Below are positions 1 to 13,636 of a DNA stretch of 64,000 bases, one piece after another. The notes under the pieces are model-generated. The model was not told the origin of the DNA and did no database searches. It worked only from the letters and a program-made list of their open reading frames with translations. This stretch comes from Eledone cirrhosa (taxonomy: Eukaryota). A program made the position numbers and the translations under genes. Each line of letters opens with the position of its first letter. Positions within the stretch are counted from its first letter, which is position 1. The stretch is taken from the NCBI GenBank assembly GCA_964016885.1, contig OZ024741.1, positions 188,666,001-188,730,000 on the forward strand, read 5' to 3'.

Positions 1-255
1 ATCATCATCAACGTTTAACGTCCGTGTTCCACGCTTGCATGGGTTTGGACGGGGGTAGTCCCACTTGAGGCAAGAGTGATTGTCTTGCTCGCATAGGACT
101 ATCTGGCAGGTTTTCTACAGTTGGATGCCCTTCCTAACACCAACCACATTTACAGTGTGGGTCTGGGAGGTTTTTACCGTGTTGTCTACACGGCCACATT
201 ACAGCGTGGACTGTGTGTTTTTTTGTCGTGACACCTACACGATCTCATTTGTTCT
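1..255 (-). mobile_element. RTE LINE 3' UTR fragment with (TGA)n tail
   Basis: Near-identical to 47650-47905, the 3' UTR of the RTE copy at 47644-49001. Confidence 0.8.
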
Positions 256-315
256 CATATGTATATGTATGTATATATATATATATACATATACATAGAC
301 ATATATACACATGTA

Positions 316-356
<41 letters not shown>

Positions 357-399
357 TCATATACATATATATGCATATATATGTATATATATATATATG

Positions 400-745
400 G
401 AAGCACATGTCTTAGTGGTTAGAGCATTGGCCTTGCAATCGAAAAGTTGTGAGTTCAATTCTCAGACCGGGTGATGTGTTGTTTCCTTGACAAGACACTT
501 TATTTCACATTGCTCCAGTTTACTCAGCTGTAGAAATGAGATGATAGGGACTGGGGTCCATATCATTCCACTGCAAAGTGGTCGTGGAGGTGCCACGGCA
601 AAAAAGTACCCAGCACTCACTGTAAATGAGGTTGGTGTTAGGAAGGGCATCCAGCTGTAGAAATCAAGCCAGAATCAGTTCCCATCCCACCCTTGCAAGC
701 AGGGAAAAAGCGGACGTAAAATGAAAAATGAAATGAAAAATGAAA
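400..745 (+). mobile_element. tRNA-derived SINE family B (tRNA head, central domain, RTE-derived 3' tail). Other copies: ~8649-8910 (+), 13605-13855 (-), 18160-18497 (-), 51145-51340 (+), 51923-52035 (+)
   Basis: Pol III A-box-like (TTAGTGGTTAGAGC) and B-box-like (GAGTTCAATTC) motifs; 3' half matches RTE 3' UTR at ~12915-13030; multiple dispersed copies. Confidence 0.8.
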
Positions 746-788
<43 letters not shown>

Positions 789-1242
789 ATCTATGTATAT
801 ATATATATACATGTATCTATCTATCTATATATATATATATATATATATAATATGTATACATATATATATGTATAAAGATGTATATATATGAATATATAAA
901 CATGAATATATGTATATGTTTGTTTGTGTATGTATTTATATTTGTATATACATCTTTATACATATATCTATGTATACATATTTATATATATATATATATA
1001 TATAAATATGTATACATAGATATATGTACAAAGATGTATATATATAAATACATACATACATATACAAACAAACATATACATATATTCACGTTTCCTTATA
1101 CACACACTAACCCCTATATACATATTTTACACACATATGTGTATACTTTTCCCATGTCTTCATATTATTTGTCAAAAACCAATATTGTTACATATTTCTT
1201 CTTCTTCTTCTTCTTCTTCTTCTTCCAATAATAATAATAATA

Positions 1243-1421
1243 ATTGTTTCTACTATTGGCACAAGGCCAGCAATAACCCAGTACATTACTGGTACTTTAT
1301 TTTATCGACCCCCGTAGGGATGAAAGGCAAAGTTAACCTCGGCGGGATTTGAACTCAGAATGGCAAGGGCCGTAACTCTATGCGTCAAAGCATGGCGTCC
1401 GACCCTCTACCGATACTGCCA
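1243..1421 (-). mobile_element. tRNA-derived SINE family A copy
   Basis: Reverse complement of the family A consensus seen at 49785-49969. Confidence 0.75.
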
Positions 1422-1866
1422 ATAATAATAATAATAATAATAATGATAATAATAATAATGATTTCTTTATTAACCACAAGGCTTTACATAAAGTAGACAT
1501 TAAGGACAGTACAGGACAATACAGGACGGTACATATGGGCATTTCTGTGTGTAAAAAACAAAAACACAGGATGTAACAAAAAAAAAACAATGAAAAATTC
1601 CCCAATAGGGTGGGAGACTTCGGAGGGACATTTGTGGAGAAAGCCCATTAAAAGGCCACAGTGACCCTGACCACCAGGGCAAGTGCCCTCTCCCAGTTTT
1701 CCACCTTTAATTTACAGACACATACTCAGAGTAGGCCCATTCACTCGGGCTATTCTTGCCTCCCTCACCCATCTTTCAACAAAATAATAATAATAATGAT
1801 CATTATTATTATTATTTATATTATTGTTATTATTATTGTTGCTGTTGTTGTTATTGTTGTTGTTGT

Positions 1867-1925
<59 letters not shown>

Positions 1926-1931
1926 ATCTAT

Positions 1932-2150
1932 CTAAGGCGGGTAAAATTCCCGAGATCCATGGACGAGTTCTCTCCAGCGGTCTCTGTCCCTCATTATCGC
2001 TGCCATGTCCTGCGTCTCCAACAGACCAGTGTCTGTCCTTAGGACATCAACATACGTTAACCTTGGTCTTCCTCTTCTAGTGTGTCCATGTAGGGGCTCC
2101 CAAAGGACTACTGAGTGCAATGTCAACTCTGGATGTCGGTGAGCATGTCC
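1932..2150 (-). mobile_element. RTE-like LINE C-terminal fragment within (TA)n
   Basis: VLWEPLHGHTRRGRPRLTYVDVLRTD...DRDRWRELV, the typical RTE ORF end (GRP..TY.D, DR..WR). Confidence 0.7.
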
Positions 2151-2165
2151 AGCTATATATATAGC

Positions 2166-2269
<104 letters not shown>

Positions 2270-2536
2270 ATGTATGTGTTTATGTGTTTATGTTTGACTA
2301 TATCAAAAGTATCTTAATAAAATTCTTCTTAAGAAGTGACTAAGAAAAATGTGAAAATTATACATACCCCCCCCCCCCCCCCCACACACACATATGTATA
2401 TATATATTTATATATATATATAAAAATATATATATTTATATATATATAGCTATATAAACATATATACACACATACACACATATATAGATGTGTGTATGTG
2501 TGTGAGTGTATATATATATATGCATATATATATATA

Positions 2537-2620
<84 letters not shown>

Positions 2621-3537
2621 TATATATATATACATATATATATATGGTTAATTTAATATATAAGTATATATAATAATAGCAATAATAATTGTTCTACTTT
2701 AGGCACAAGGCCAGCAATATTGGGGAAAGAGAAGATCGATTAAATTTTGGGGTCGGTATTGTCAACTTTCCCCTCCCTATAAATTGCTGGCCTTGTGCTA
2801 CAATTATAAATCATTATTATTAATTGTATTATTAATGTTATTTTTTTTTTGTTTTTTTCAAGGAGGCATCACAATTGTTGTTACCAACAGCAACATCATC
2901 ACTGACAGCAAATATCTACTTAAAAAACATATTTAGTGGAAAGAAATTGAAAAAAAAAAAGAATAGTCTGTGTGTGTGTGTGTGAGTGTGTATATATATA
3001 TATATATAAACATATATATATATATACATATTTATACATATATATAATTTGTTTTCAAAGTTCTCATGGAATTCTAAATTACTTCAGCCACAATTGGATT
3101 TTGGATTTAAAAATAAAATAAAGCAGCATCAAACAAACTGAATTAATCATCCCCCCTCATCAAGAATTGATTTTATCACCTCAATTCTATTTTGGAATTG
3201 GTTTTTAACTTAACTTTTTTGGATTATAATATATCAATATCTATATCTGTATCTATACCTGCATCAATATCTCCCTATACACATATATATATATATTGTC
3301 TTTTATTCATTTCAAAAAGTAAAAAATATAAAAATAAACATATTTTAAACCTATAACAACACCAAGGACAACAATTACAACACCACCACTGCCACTGGCA
3401 ATAAATATCAAGACACCTCATCAAAATTGTACATGGAATTTGATCTTCCAGAAATAAGCAACAACAACAATAAGAACAACATTCACATTAACAACTCCAC
3501 CAACAACAACAGAAGCGATCAAGCGTAAACACTCAAG

Positions 3538-3636
3538 ATGGCTGGAGTTGAAACCGCTGTTCGCCAAATTGAATTAAAATGGCCTAATGTACCAGAGCAA
3601 TTAATAAAAGGAAACAAATTCTTAAAATGGGAAGAG
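3538..3636 (+). CDS. PLCB: Phospholipase C-beta (cephalopod retinal PLC21-like), coding exon 1
   Basis: ATG at 3538; MAGVETAVRQIELKWPNVPEQLIKGNKFLKWEE resembles the N-terminus/PH start of squid and cuttlefish PLC-beta; GTAAGT donor at 3637, phase 0. Confidence 0.93.
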
Positions 3637-3797
3637 GTAAGTCTTATTTTCATTTATTTCACAAACCACCACCACCCCCTCCTAAAAAAAGAAACAAAGC
3701 TACTAACCAAATGTAAAAACTGTTAGAAACAATGTTATCACAGCTATGGCTGTTAGGTTCAGAATTTACTTTCACAACCAAGAGGTTTCAGATTTAA

Positions 3798-4019
3798 CCC
3801 TTTAGCATTTACATTACTCTATATATATACTGTTATATTTTCATGGTAAAGGCTTTATCTCACATAGTTATCTCACATAAAATGAATCTATAAGATTTTG
3901 ATATTATTTATTTTGAGAATAAAACCTTAACATTAGTATGAGTGGAAAGTTACAGCTGGTTTGAGCAGAAAGAGGTGAGAAAATTCTGGCCAGATACAGC
4001 TGGTTTAAATGCTAAAAGG
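3798..4019. mobile_element. piggyBac-type MITE nested in a SINE remnant; second copy at 38973-39163
   Basis: TTAA flanks (3794-3797, 4020-4023); termini CCCTTTAGCATTT / AAATGCTAAAAGG; homologous copy also TTAA-flanked. Confidence 0.7.
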
Positions 4020-4181
4020 TTAATCCCACTGTCTGGCTCCCTGGACAGGTGCCTTTTACTATAATCTCAGGCTGACCAATGCCGTGAGTGGAAACTGTAC
4101 AAAACACATTGATTCATATGCAAAAAGTATATAAACTATAGCTTATTCTTGTCTCAGTACTGAATGAGTAAACATCATCAA

Positions 4182-5521
4182 TCTATACTATAAAGCTGAC
4201 GGCCGTATGTAAGTAATAAACTTTCCGCCAAGAGGCTGGACCAAACGGCACCAAATTTGCACCATAGATGTAACTTTTTCTAAGTAAAAAAGTGAGGGTA
4301 TTTTTGTCTACTGAATTTTGTTAAAAGATTAAAGACATTATTTAAATATTCACTTCTTTAAAATTTCAAATGTCAACACTTCCGGTTATATGACATTCCT
4401 AACGTCTTCATGAACCAAAGTATCATCTTCCTGTTTTCTTTCGGTTGCAACGTTTTTCGAAATATTTACTTCTGCGTTCACAGACGTTAAGGGTGAAAGC
4501 AGCGATTCTTTGCTTAAACTTTAATCTGTTATTTTAATATATATATTCGTGTACAGATATTTTTGCATACACAAAAACAAAAACCTATTTATTTCACAAA
4601 AGCACAGACGGCTTATCGTCATTGTTACTGTTCGAGGTTAGAGGACCACAGTCTTTCCAAGATCTGAGAACCATCAATGTTCCACTTACCGTTTGGCTTG
4701 CCAGATGCATGGTATGTTACACGATGGCATCCATTGGCACCTCACCCTGCAAGAAGCAGCAACTGCTAAAGTCCATTCTCAGCTGCGAAAACTTGTTGCT
4801 ATTATGCTGCACAACTGCTATCTCGCTGACCCTCTTGCACTGTGGAACAACTACCGCGAAAGTCTAGCTGAGGACATCCTCCACCTCACACGCAGACACA
4901 ATCCAAACGTAACATACGATGTCGTTTTCAATGAAGCGCTCATTTGTCTTGAAAAGAGTGTCCTGGAGATTGGTGGTAGGTCTCTAAGTCACTATAGCTT
5001 ACCTGCTCCTGACAGGAGTGTCCAGAGGTCAACGTCTACAGAGCTTCTCTGCGAGACAAGCTATGAAATCAGGGATTCTCCCATGGTCAATTGTATCTAG
5101 GATGCTCTAGGGTGAGCTCACCAAACAATCTCTTCATCTTTGCTCCGGAGGGCTGAACAAAAAATATGGTATACTCTGAGGCTCTAACAATGTAATTTAA
5201 ATATTTTCTGTTACTTTGAATTTCCATTATGGTTGTACAATTATTGTTTATTAAAAAATGTGTTCTCTGTTCAGCCTTTATTGTTGTAACTATCAATTTT
5301 CTTTAACGTACTGGCTGCTGAACTGGGGAATCCTAAAACCTATTCAAACCCAACATCAGAACATGTTAACTATTCAAACCCAACATCAGAACTCGCTGAC
5401 TTGAGAGGGCATGTGGTATCTTAGCACTGGAGTGTATGAGGGGGGGGGGGGGGGGGGGGAATTCATGAAAAGATAAAATGCTGGTATACCTAGCCGGATG
5501 CCAACCGAATGGGCCAGCTAG
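4182..5521 (+). mobile_element. Internally deleted Helitron with Rep/helicase fragment (~4610-5070)
   Basis: 5' a|TCTATACTATA and 3' ...GCCAGCTAG|t termini (A/T insertion site); LLFEVRGPQSFQDLRTIN..ACQMHGML..W..TLQEA..QLRKL...P.ALW...LAEDI matches the Helitron RepHel linker region; frameshifted. Confidence 0.8.
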
Positions 5522-6489
5522 TGATTGATAAAAATCCAGAAACATATGCCTAACGTCTTCACACTGCTACTGAGATAACTGTGACATGATCTCAGTTTAA
5601 AACATTCATTGTGAGATTCTTGTATGATTATTAAACATAAACATATCATATATGCCTTCATATACACCTTCATCATATATACGCCATATGCACAACCTGC
5701 CTGTACTGTATCCTGCTCTATTTCTAATCATAAGACTTTATTCTTATTTGTTTATGTACTCCCTTAGCTATCTTAGTTGAAAGCACTCCATTATTTGGAA
5801 AAGGCGATGGATTGGCAGTATAGGTAGAGTATCAGACACTATTCTTTGCAACAAAGAGTTATGGCCCTTTACTCTCCGAGTTCAAATCCTACCGAGGTTA
5901 GCTTTGCCTTTCATCCTTATGGGTTGATAAAATAAAGCACCAATAATGTACTGGGGTAATTGCTGGCCTTGTGCCAAAAGTAGAAATAATTATTTTCCTT
6001 TGTCTCTGTGTTGTTGAGTTGTCTCATTTGCATCATTCCACTAGCCTGTTCAAGCTGTTATGATACTGGGTCACCATTGTGCTATTTTTCTTAGCTCATC
6101 TTATTTTGATTATACAAAAAACCCTTAAACAAAAACACACCTAACTATATTTAAAAATGTAATTTATATTGGACAAGCAAGTTGGGACTTGATTACACAA
6201 AGATCAAATGGCCCTTTCCCTAGCATGTTAAATCATTTGAGAATTTATTCCTAACTAATTTCTTGAAATAATTTCCCTTTCTCTTGAGTTTTAAGAGTCA
6301 ATTGTCTTGTAAGGATCAATTAAATTTTAAGGTTCAATAGTATTTTAAAAGTCAATTATATCTGTAGAACCAGTTATTGAGTTTTAAGGACTAATTATGT
6401 TTTAAGGGCCAATTAAAGTAAAGCTTTGAGTCTAAATATCTTTCAGCAAACCCACCAAAGGTAACATTTTTATTTAACGGTAAAGTTGA

Positions 6490-7115
6490 CAGGATTTTAC
6501 TGTCATTTGGGAAATGGCCATTCTCCACACACAGAAAAGCATTAAGTAAGAATACCATATGGTGTATTTAATGTAAACTAAGACTAAGGGAGTACAAGGA
6601 CTGTAGTGATATCATATGCAGGCAGGAAAAATAACTTTTTATGTAGCAAATGCACAGGAGTGGTTAACAGCAAAATCACCTATAAAATAAATTATTTTAA
6701 AAGATTGGAGGGCTCACTAGAATTAGTTGATAGGTTCCATTACCTAATTTACCTAATTAACACTAGTAGGGGATGTTCTGAAAACATATTAGATAGAGTA
6801 AGAATTACTTGGAAAAAGTTCAAGAAGCTATTACATTTGGGGCCAACAAACGGTTGAGTGAAAGGTAGATTGTATAATGTTTATAGAAGATACCATTTGA
6901 GCAATGAAGTGTTGAGCTATGCAAGTGGAAGGAAGCTGTGGAAAAAGAAGAACACGGAAAACCAAAGAACACCTAAAAAACAGTGAGAGCTGATTTCAAG
7001 ATGCTTGAACCTAACAAAGGAGATTACATAGAATTACAGCAAAATGATTAGACAATGTGTTGAAGAAGACCCATCTAACCCATTCAAGTATGGAACAATA
7101 GATGTATAGAGATGA
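6490..7115 (+). mobile_element. Old degraded RTE LINE fragment
   Basis: EGSLELVDRFHYL..RGCSENILDRVRITWKKFKKLL, homologous to the RTE ORFs at 11951 and 48045; many stops. Confidence 0.7.
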
Positions 7116-7557
7116 TGGTGACAATATATTCTTGTATATATAAATATATAAAATATAAATATATATATAGACCCTGACATGGTTGTGTGGTTAAGGAGTT
7201 TCTTAAAAACAACATGGTTTTGTGTTCACTCCCACTACACAGCTTCTTGGGTTGACAGGTGTTTTCTGCTATAACTTTAGATTGACTAATGTCTTGAAGT
7301 ACAAGTCAATAGGTGATAATCACTTCATTTATTCCTTATTGCTGTTATGTATATTTTGGTGATAACAGTTATGTAACAGTTATGACCTCATCAGACAGCT
7401 AGAAGTTGAACAGAAAAAAGAGAAAAGCATCAAGAAGAAATGAAGCTTATATATGACAGGCTTCTACAAAATGTCCCTCAAAACACATTGGTCAACCCAA
7501 GATTATAGTAGTAGAAGAGATTTATCCAAGATGTCAAACAATGGGATCAACATGAAA

Positions 7558-7736
<179 letters not shown>

Positions 7737-8330
7737 GGATGTGTTCATATGGTTTAGAAAAGGTACACTGTGTTTCTGTGAGTTGTAAGAAGCAACTAAA
7801 AGCTTTGGTGTCATGAAGGACATCTGACTGTAAAACATTGCTTCAAAATATTCTGTTCAGCCCATGCCAGCATGAAAAAATTATATATAAGTATGTATGC
7901 ATAGACCCATAATTACTGGTGCTGTCATACAACATATCTTGGGCATTTAAAAAAAAACCTGGCAGTGCCCATTCCCTATCCAAGACTGAACACAGTCAAT
8001 CTTCAATGAGAGGAGAGAGTGTGAAAGAGAGCGGAAGTTACATATAGAGGAAAAGTTGATCCAGTACTGGACTGATACTTTAGTTATCGACTTTGAAAGG
8101 ATGAAAGACAAAGTCGACCTCAGAGGGATTTGAATTCAGAGAGCAGAGAACCAGAACAAATACTGCAAAGCATTTTATTCAATGTTCTAACAATTCGCCA
8201 CTTTGCAGCCTTATAAATTGAAGTATGGAAATTTAGAATAATGCCTGCATATTGTTTCACACACACACATACATCATCATCATCATCATCATCATCATTT
8301 AATGTCCATTTTCCATGCTAGCATTGGACT

Positions 8331-8388
<58 letters not shown>

Positions 8389-8533
8389 AATAGCTTAGAG
8401 TTTAGACTCAGAGAGGTCATTTACAATCATTTCAGCTCTAGGAATCGCTTCTGAGCAGTATAAATTAATATTTGATGAACATTTACATGTTATAGTTGCA
8501 ATTGACTGATCGCTAGAGTGAAAAATCGTATTA

Positions 8534-8650
<117 letters not shown>

Positions 8651-9337
8651 GTGTTGTTTCCTTGAGCAAGACACTTTATTTCACATTGCTCCAGTTTACT
8701 CAGCTGTAGAAATGAGATGATAGGGACTGTGGTTCCTATCATTCCACTGCAAAGTGGTCGTGGAGGTGCCACGGCAAAAAAGCACCTAGCACTCACTGTA
8801 AATGAGGTTGGTGTTAGGAAGGGCATCCAGCTGTAGAAATCAAACCAGAATCAGTTCCCGTCCCACCCTTACAAGCAGAGAAAAGCGGACGTAAAATGAT
8901 GATGATATGATGATAATACACCAACACATAAACATACATTCATTTATACATACATACATAGATCACCAGCATAATCTCCCCTTTAATCAATAAATCCCTT
9001 AGCATTCTCTAAGACACATTTCTACATTAGACAAGCACATTGTAATAACAGATGCTTATTGAGAAGTTGTGTTCTGTTGTCACCCTAACAACAACTGCTT
9101 CCCCACAGTCTATATTTAGGACTCACGAAGCCTTCAGTTATAACTGTTTGTAATCATGGTTACCAAATATAGATACATTACACTACATATTCATTAGTAT
9201 GTGTATTAGTATCTTTTATTATAAAACAAACAACTATAAATATTTATATATGTGTGTGCTGTGTGTGTATGAATGTATGTATATATATTTATGTATATAT
9301 ATGTATATATATATGTGTGTATGTATATGTGTGTGAA

Positions 9338-9662
9338 GGTGCATAACTTAGTGGTTAGAGTGTCGGGTTTACAATCCTGAGGTTGTGAGTTTGATTCTCA
9401 GACTGGACTTTGCATTGAGCAAGACACATTATTTCTCATTTCTCCAGTTTACTCAGCTGTAGAAATGAGTTGGGATGTCACTGGTGCCAAGCTGTATCAG
9501 CCATTGCCTTTCCCTTGGACAACATCGGTGGTGTGGAGAGGAGAGACTGATATGCATGGGCGACTGCTGGCCTTCCTCAAACAACCTTATCCAGACGGGT
9601 GCCTCGGAGGGAAACTTTCTAGGTTCAAATCCCATGGTCATTCGTGACCGAAGAGGGTCTTT
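9338..9662 (+). mobile_element. SINE family B variant with alternative 3' module; related copies 31280-31592 (+) and 54870-55075 (-)
   Basis: Same tRNA head and CAGCTGTAGAAATGAG core as family B, then a different tail (GTCACTGGTGCCAAGCTGTA...AAATCCCATGGTC). Confidence 0.7.
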
Positions 9663-9689
9663 ATCATATATATATGTGTGTATATATCA

Positions 9690-10156
9690 TCATCATCATT
9701 ATCATCACTGTTTTACGTCCGTTCTTCCATGCTAGCGTGTGTTAGTTGTCCAGTTGGCTGAACTTGTCTTGCAATGGTGGGACAGGAACTGATTCCGGCT
9801 TGATTTCTACAGCTGGATGCCCTTCCTAACACCAACCTCACTTACAGTCAGTGCTGGAAGCTTTTTTCCCATGGCACCTACACGTTCACTTTACAGTGTG
9901 GGCTGGGTGCTTTTTTGCCGTGGCACCTCCACGACCACTTTGCAGTGGGAGGGGGTGGGGGCATATTGTATATATGCTTCTGTTTCGGCTTGTACCCATG
10001 GGAAGTGGGTCTTCTGTATTACTGCGTAATGCCAGAGGTCTCGGTCGTGTGTCATCACCCTTGAGATGTGCAATTGGGTAAGGTCGGCTTTTCCCCAGGT
10101 CTTCTTGGGTTTCCCCTCTCCGCGGCTTCCATTGACTTCTAGTGCTCTGCACCTTT

Positions 10157-10160
<4 letters not shown>
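9690..10160 (-). mobile_element. 5'-truncated RTE LINE (ORF end and 3' UTR) in (TA)n
   Basis: Homologous to 12700-13140; (TGA)n tail. Confidence 0.8.
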
Positions 10161-10192
<32 letters not shown>

Positions 10193-10261
10193 TAAGTTAT
10201 TCCGGGTTGAATCGAAGGTAACCACAGTAAGTAAGGTACTCAATACATAGCAGAGTATAAA

Positions 10262-10389
10262 AGTTTTAATATAGATGAGATTCTACAGGACTAGAACTGT
10301 TTCATTCTTTAGAAATCATCGGGGTTTCCTGATGATTTCTAAAGAATGAAATAGTTCTAGTCCTGTAGAATCTCATCTATATTAAAACT
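10262..10389. repeat. Near-perfect palindrome with hammerhead-like core (Penelope-like terminus)
   Basis: Arms 10262-10320 and 10331-10389; CTGATGA-TTTCTAAAGAAT-GAAA on +; related copies at ~29795-29822, 56635-56665, 62185-62232. Confidence 0.7.
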
Positions 10390-10471
10390 ATATATATATA
10401 TATATTATTATACTATATATATATATATATAGACTATAAACTATAAACTATATATATATATATATATATAT

Positions 10472-10620
10472 ATTATTTCTGAAGACGGCGTATATATGTG
10501 TTTGGTATGTATATTTAATCTTGATAATTTGTATAATTTTGTATAATTTTGTACATAGATCTGTTGAATATGCATACCAATTATAACACATATATATCCT
10601 AGAAACGATCGTTAAATAAT
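10472..10620 (+). ncRNA. Putative type I hammerhead ribozyme with extended stem II
   Basis: Stem I ATTATTT/AAATAAT; CTGAAGA at 10479; long stem II (TATATATGTG..TTGGTATG / CATACCAA..CACATATATA); GAAA at 10602; stem III AC-GATC-GT; GUU cleavage triplet. Confidence 0.65.
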
Positions 10621-10808
10621 GAACTTTTTTTGTTTAATATAAGGAATAGTTTGTTCATTATTTGTTTAATATTTTATCTTGACTCTGTATACCGTTTATC
10701 TTTCACCGAAAGTCGTTTTTCATTGCATCTCTTCTTTCCATGATATCCGGAATACATTGAGTTCTTCATACGGATTGGACACTACCGTAAACTCTTGGTA
10801 GATTTATC

Positions 10809-10849
<41 letters not shown>

Positions 10850-10879
10850 ATAATGAGCTGCGCGTTGCAAATGGGGTAC

Positions 10880-11902
10880 ATATGAAAAAATAGGTCCTTC
10901 ATCAGTGACCCCCCTCCAACCGTCCCAGGCATTTCATCGCTTTAAGGGCCATATACCTCAGGTAAACGGACAACGGCTAAAAAAAGTCGTTGGGACACGT
11001 AAATAAAGGGGACGTTAGGGTGAACAAACAAAATGGTTTAAGCAACGGAAAGTGAGAAGAAAGAGACAAGTCCCAGATTTCTATGAATATAAACTCGGTG
11101 AAATCGTGAACAAGAGACAAAAGACCATCAAACCTGGTTGAAATGTGAGCAAGGAAGGAATTTCGCACAGGTCTAACGGGGGGAAGAAGAAGGGGTCTGG
11201 TCTACGAATTCGGTAAACATAAGTTCTGTGAAGTCGCAGACGAGAGAGAGAGAGAGAAAAAAATTTTTTTTGCAACGCGCAGCTCATTATTATCATATTT
11301 ACACATATTTTTTCTTCTGCTGCCACCCGTCTGTTTCGTTCTTTGTATCTTTACCCTTTCTAGCAGTCTCTCTCTCTGTTAGCCCCCTCCTCAACTTTCA
11401 CTCACTCATTCTCTGTCACTACCTCTCCTCCTCCTCCTCCTCTTTCCTCCTCCTCTTTCTTCCTGTTTGACCTGTGTGTAATTCTTTTCTCGCGCGTTCT
11501 TGGTCAAGCCGGTATGAAATTTTTTTTTTCTCTCTCTCTCTCATCTGCGACTTCACAGAACTTATGTTTACCGAATTCGTAGACCAGACCCCTTCTTCTT
11601 CCCCCCGTTAGACCTGTGCGAAATTCCTTCCTTGCTCACATTTCAACCAGGTTTGATGGTCTTTTGTCTCTTGTTCACGATTTCACCGAGTTTATATTCA
11701 TAGAAATCTGGGACTTGTCTCTTTCTTCTCACTTTCCGTTGCTTAAACCATTTTGTTTGTTCACCCTAACGTCCCCTTTATTTACGTGTCCCAACGACTT
11801 TTTTTAGCCGTTGTTCGCACCAACCTGAGGTATATGGCCCTTAAAGCGATGAAATGCCTGGGACGGTTGGAGGGTCACTGATGAAGGACCTACTTTTTCA
11901 TA
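10880..11902. mobile_element. Fold-back element with ~375-bp inverted arms between (TA)n tracts, probably Penelope-like
   Basis: Arms ~10880-11255 and ~11517-11902; the same 63-aa ORF appears on both strands (10977 and 11616). Confidence 0.75.
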
Positions 11903-11919
11903 TATATATATATATATAT

Positions 11920-13147
11920 TGCTGATGACCTCGCACTTATAGCTGAATCTATGGTAGAACTAGAGAAGAAATTCCAAACTTGGAAGCAGGGACTAGAAAG
12001 AAAGGGTCTCAAAGTCAACATGACAAAGACTAAGGTCCTTGTAAGTAGACGAGAAAACAGAACCCAGATCCCCTCAGGGAAATGGCCTTGCTCAGTATGT
12101 AGGAAAAGTGTAGGTAGGAACTCCATTCTCTGCCCCAAATGCAAACAATGGGTACACAAGAGATGTAGCGGGATCTCAGGAAGCTTAATTAAGAATGTAG
12201 GCTTCACATGCAGCAGCTGTACTGGGACAGCAAGCAGCAAACAGCCACAGGAAACAAGTACCACCAATCTCTGGGAGGGCTCTGTAGAGACAGTAGACAG
12301 CTTCTGCTACCTAGGTGACTGAATTAGCAGCGGAGGTGGGTGTTCAGAAAGTACAATAACTAGGGTAAGAACGGGATGGAAGAAGTTCAGGGAACTACTA
12401 CCACTGCTAGCTTCAAAAGGCTTCTCCCTCAAAATGAAAGGCAGACTGTATGATGCATGTATCCGAACAGCAATGTTACATGGTAGTGAGACCTGGGCGC
12501 TGAAGGTGGAAGTCTTACGGAGATTAGAGAGAAACGAAGCCTGCATGCTCCGATGGATGTGTAATAGTAATATACGCAAACAACAAAGCATAAATGAATT
12601 GAGAGAGAGACTGAGCATAAGAGGAATCAAATGCTGTGTGCAGGAGAGGCGGTTGCGTTGGTATGGACATGTGATGCGTATGAAGGATGACAGCTGCATA
12701 AAAAGGTGCAGAGCACTAGAAGTCGATGGAAACCGCGGAGTGGGGAGACCCAAGATGACCTGGGATGAGGTGATAAAAGCTGACCTTACCCAATTACACC
12801 TCTCAAAGGCGATGACACATGACCGTGACCTCTGGCGTCACGCAGTGATACAGAGTACCCTATCTCCCATGGATACAAGCTGAAGCATATAGACAATATG
12901 CCCCCACACCCTCCCACTGCAAGGTGGTCGTTGAGGTGCCACGGCAAAAAAGCACCCAGCACTCACTGTAAATGAGGTTGGTGTTAGGAAGGGCATTCAG
13001 CTGTAGAAATCAAGCCAAATCAGTTCCTGTATGAGCAAGGCATGGTCAGCCGACCAAACACTGCCCACAACAGGACAACCCGTCTAACCCATGCTAGCGT
13101 GGAAGAACAGACGTAAAACGGTGATGATGATGATGATGATGATGATG

Positions 13148-13148
<1 letters not shown>
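11920..13148 (+). mobile_element. 5'-truncated RTE-clade LINE (RT from the ADD motif to the end, with Cys-rich insert) plus 3' UTR and (TGA)n tail
   Basis: ADDLAL..GLKVNMTKTKV..CSVC..CPKC..WVHKRC..YLGD*..LHGSETW..RRLRWYGHVMR..GRPKMTW; single in-frame TGA at 12320. Confidence 0.92.
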
Positions 13149-13189
<41 letters not shown>

Positions 13190-13604
13190 ATAATGATACT
13201 ATTTATAGTTATGTATATACTATACTATAAACAACTATAAACAGGAAAGGTGAGTAATTTATTACTACCTTATTTCCAGTAAGGGAAATAGCTCAATGTA
13301 AGAACATCAGGTGTTTTACAGAGCAGGAATATGTTAGTGTATTATGGCGGATGTAATGCGATGATAGTTTCTGCTTGTACATTCCATTTTTGGCATGGTT
13401 TCTATAGCTGGATGCTCGTCCTAATACCAGTCACTTTCCAGAGTGTAGTGGGTGCATTTAATTATGTCACCAACATTTACCTCTTCAGTGCTATAGACGA
13501 GATAACTCGCCCTAACATTTATGCATTTCAGTGCCGCAGATGAGATAATTCGTCCTAACATGCTTGAAATCCTTTCCAACATTTCATAACTTAAAAAATA
13601 TGAA

Positions 13605-13636
<32 letters not shown>

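Noticed and set aside
400-475. tRNA genes at SINE heads
   Set aside because: A and B boxes are present but there is no complete cloverleaf, and each continues into a SINE body.
3637-3726. ORF-track extensions of PLC exons past their splice sites (also at exons 4, 5 and 8)
   Set aside because: PLC similarity stops at canonical GT/AG sites; the extensions are intronic read-through.
10977-11807. Identical 63-aa ORFs on opposite strands suggesting a duplicated small gene
   Set aside because: A by-product of the inverted repeat; non-ATG start and no recognisable domain.
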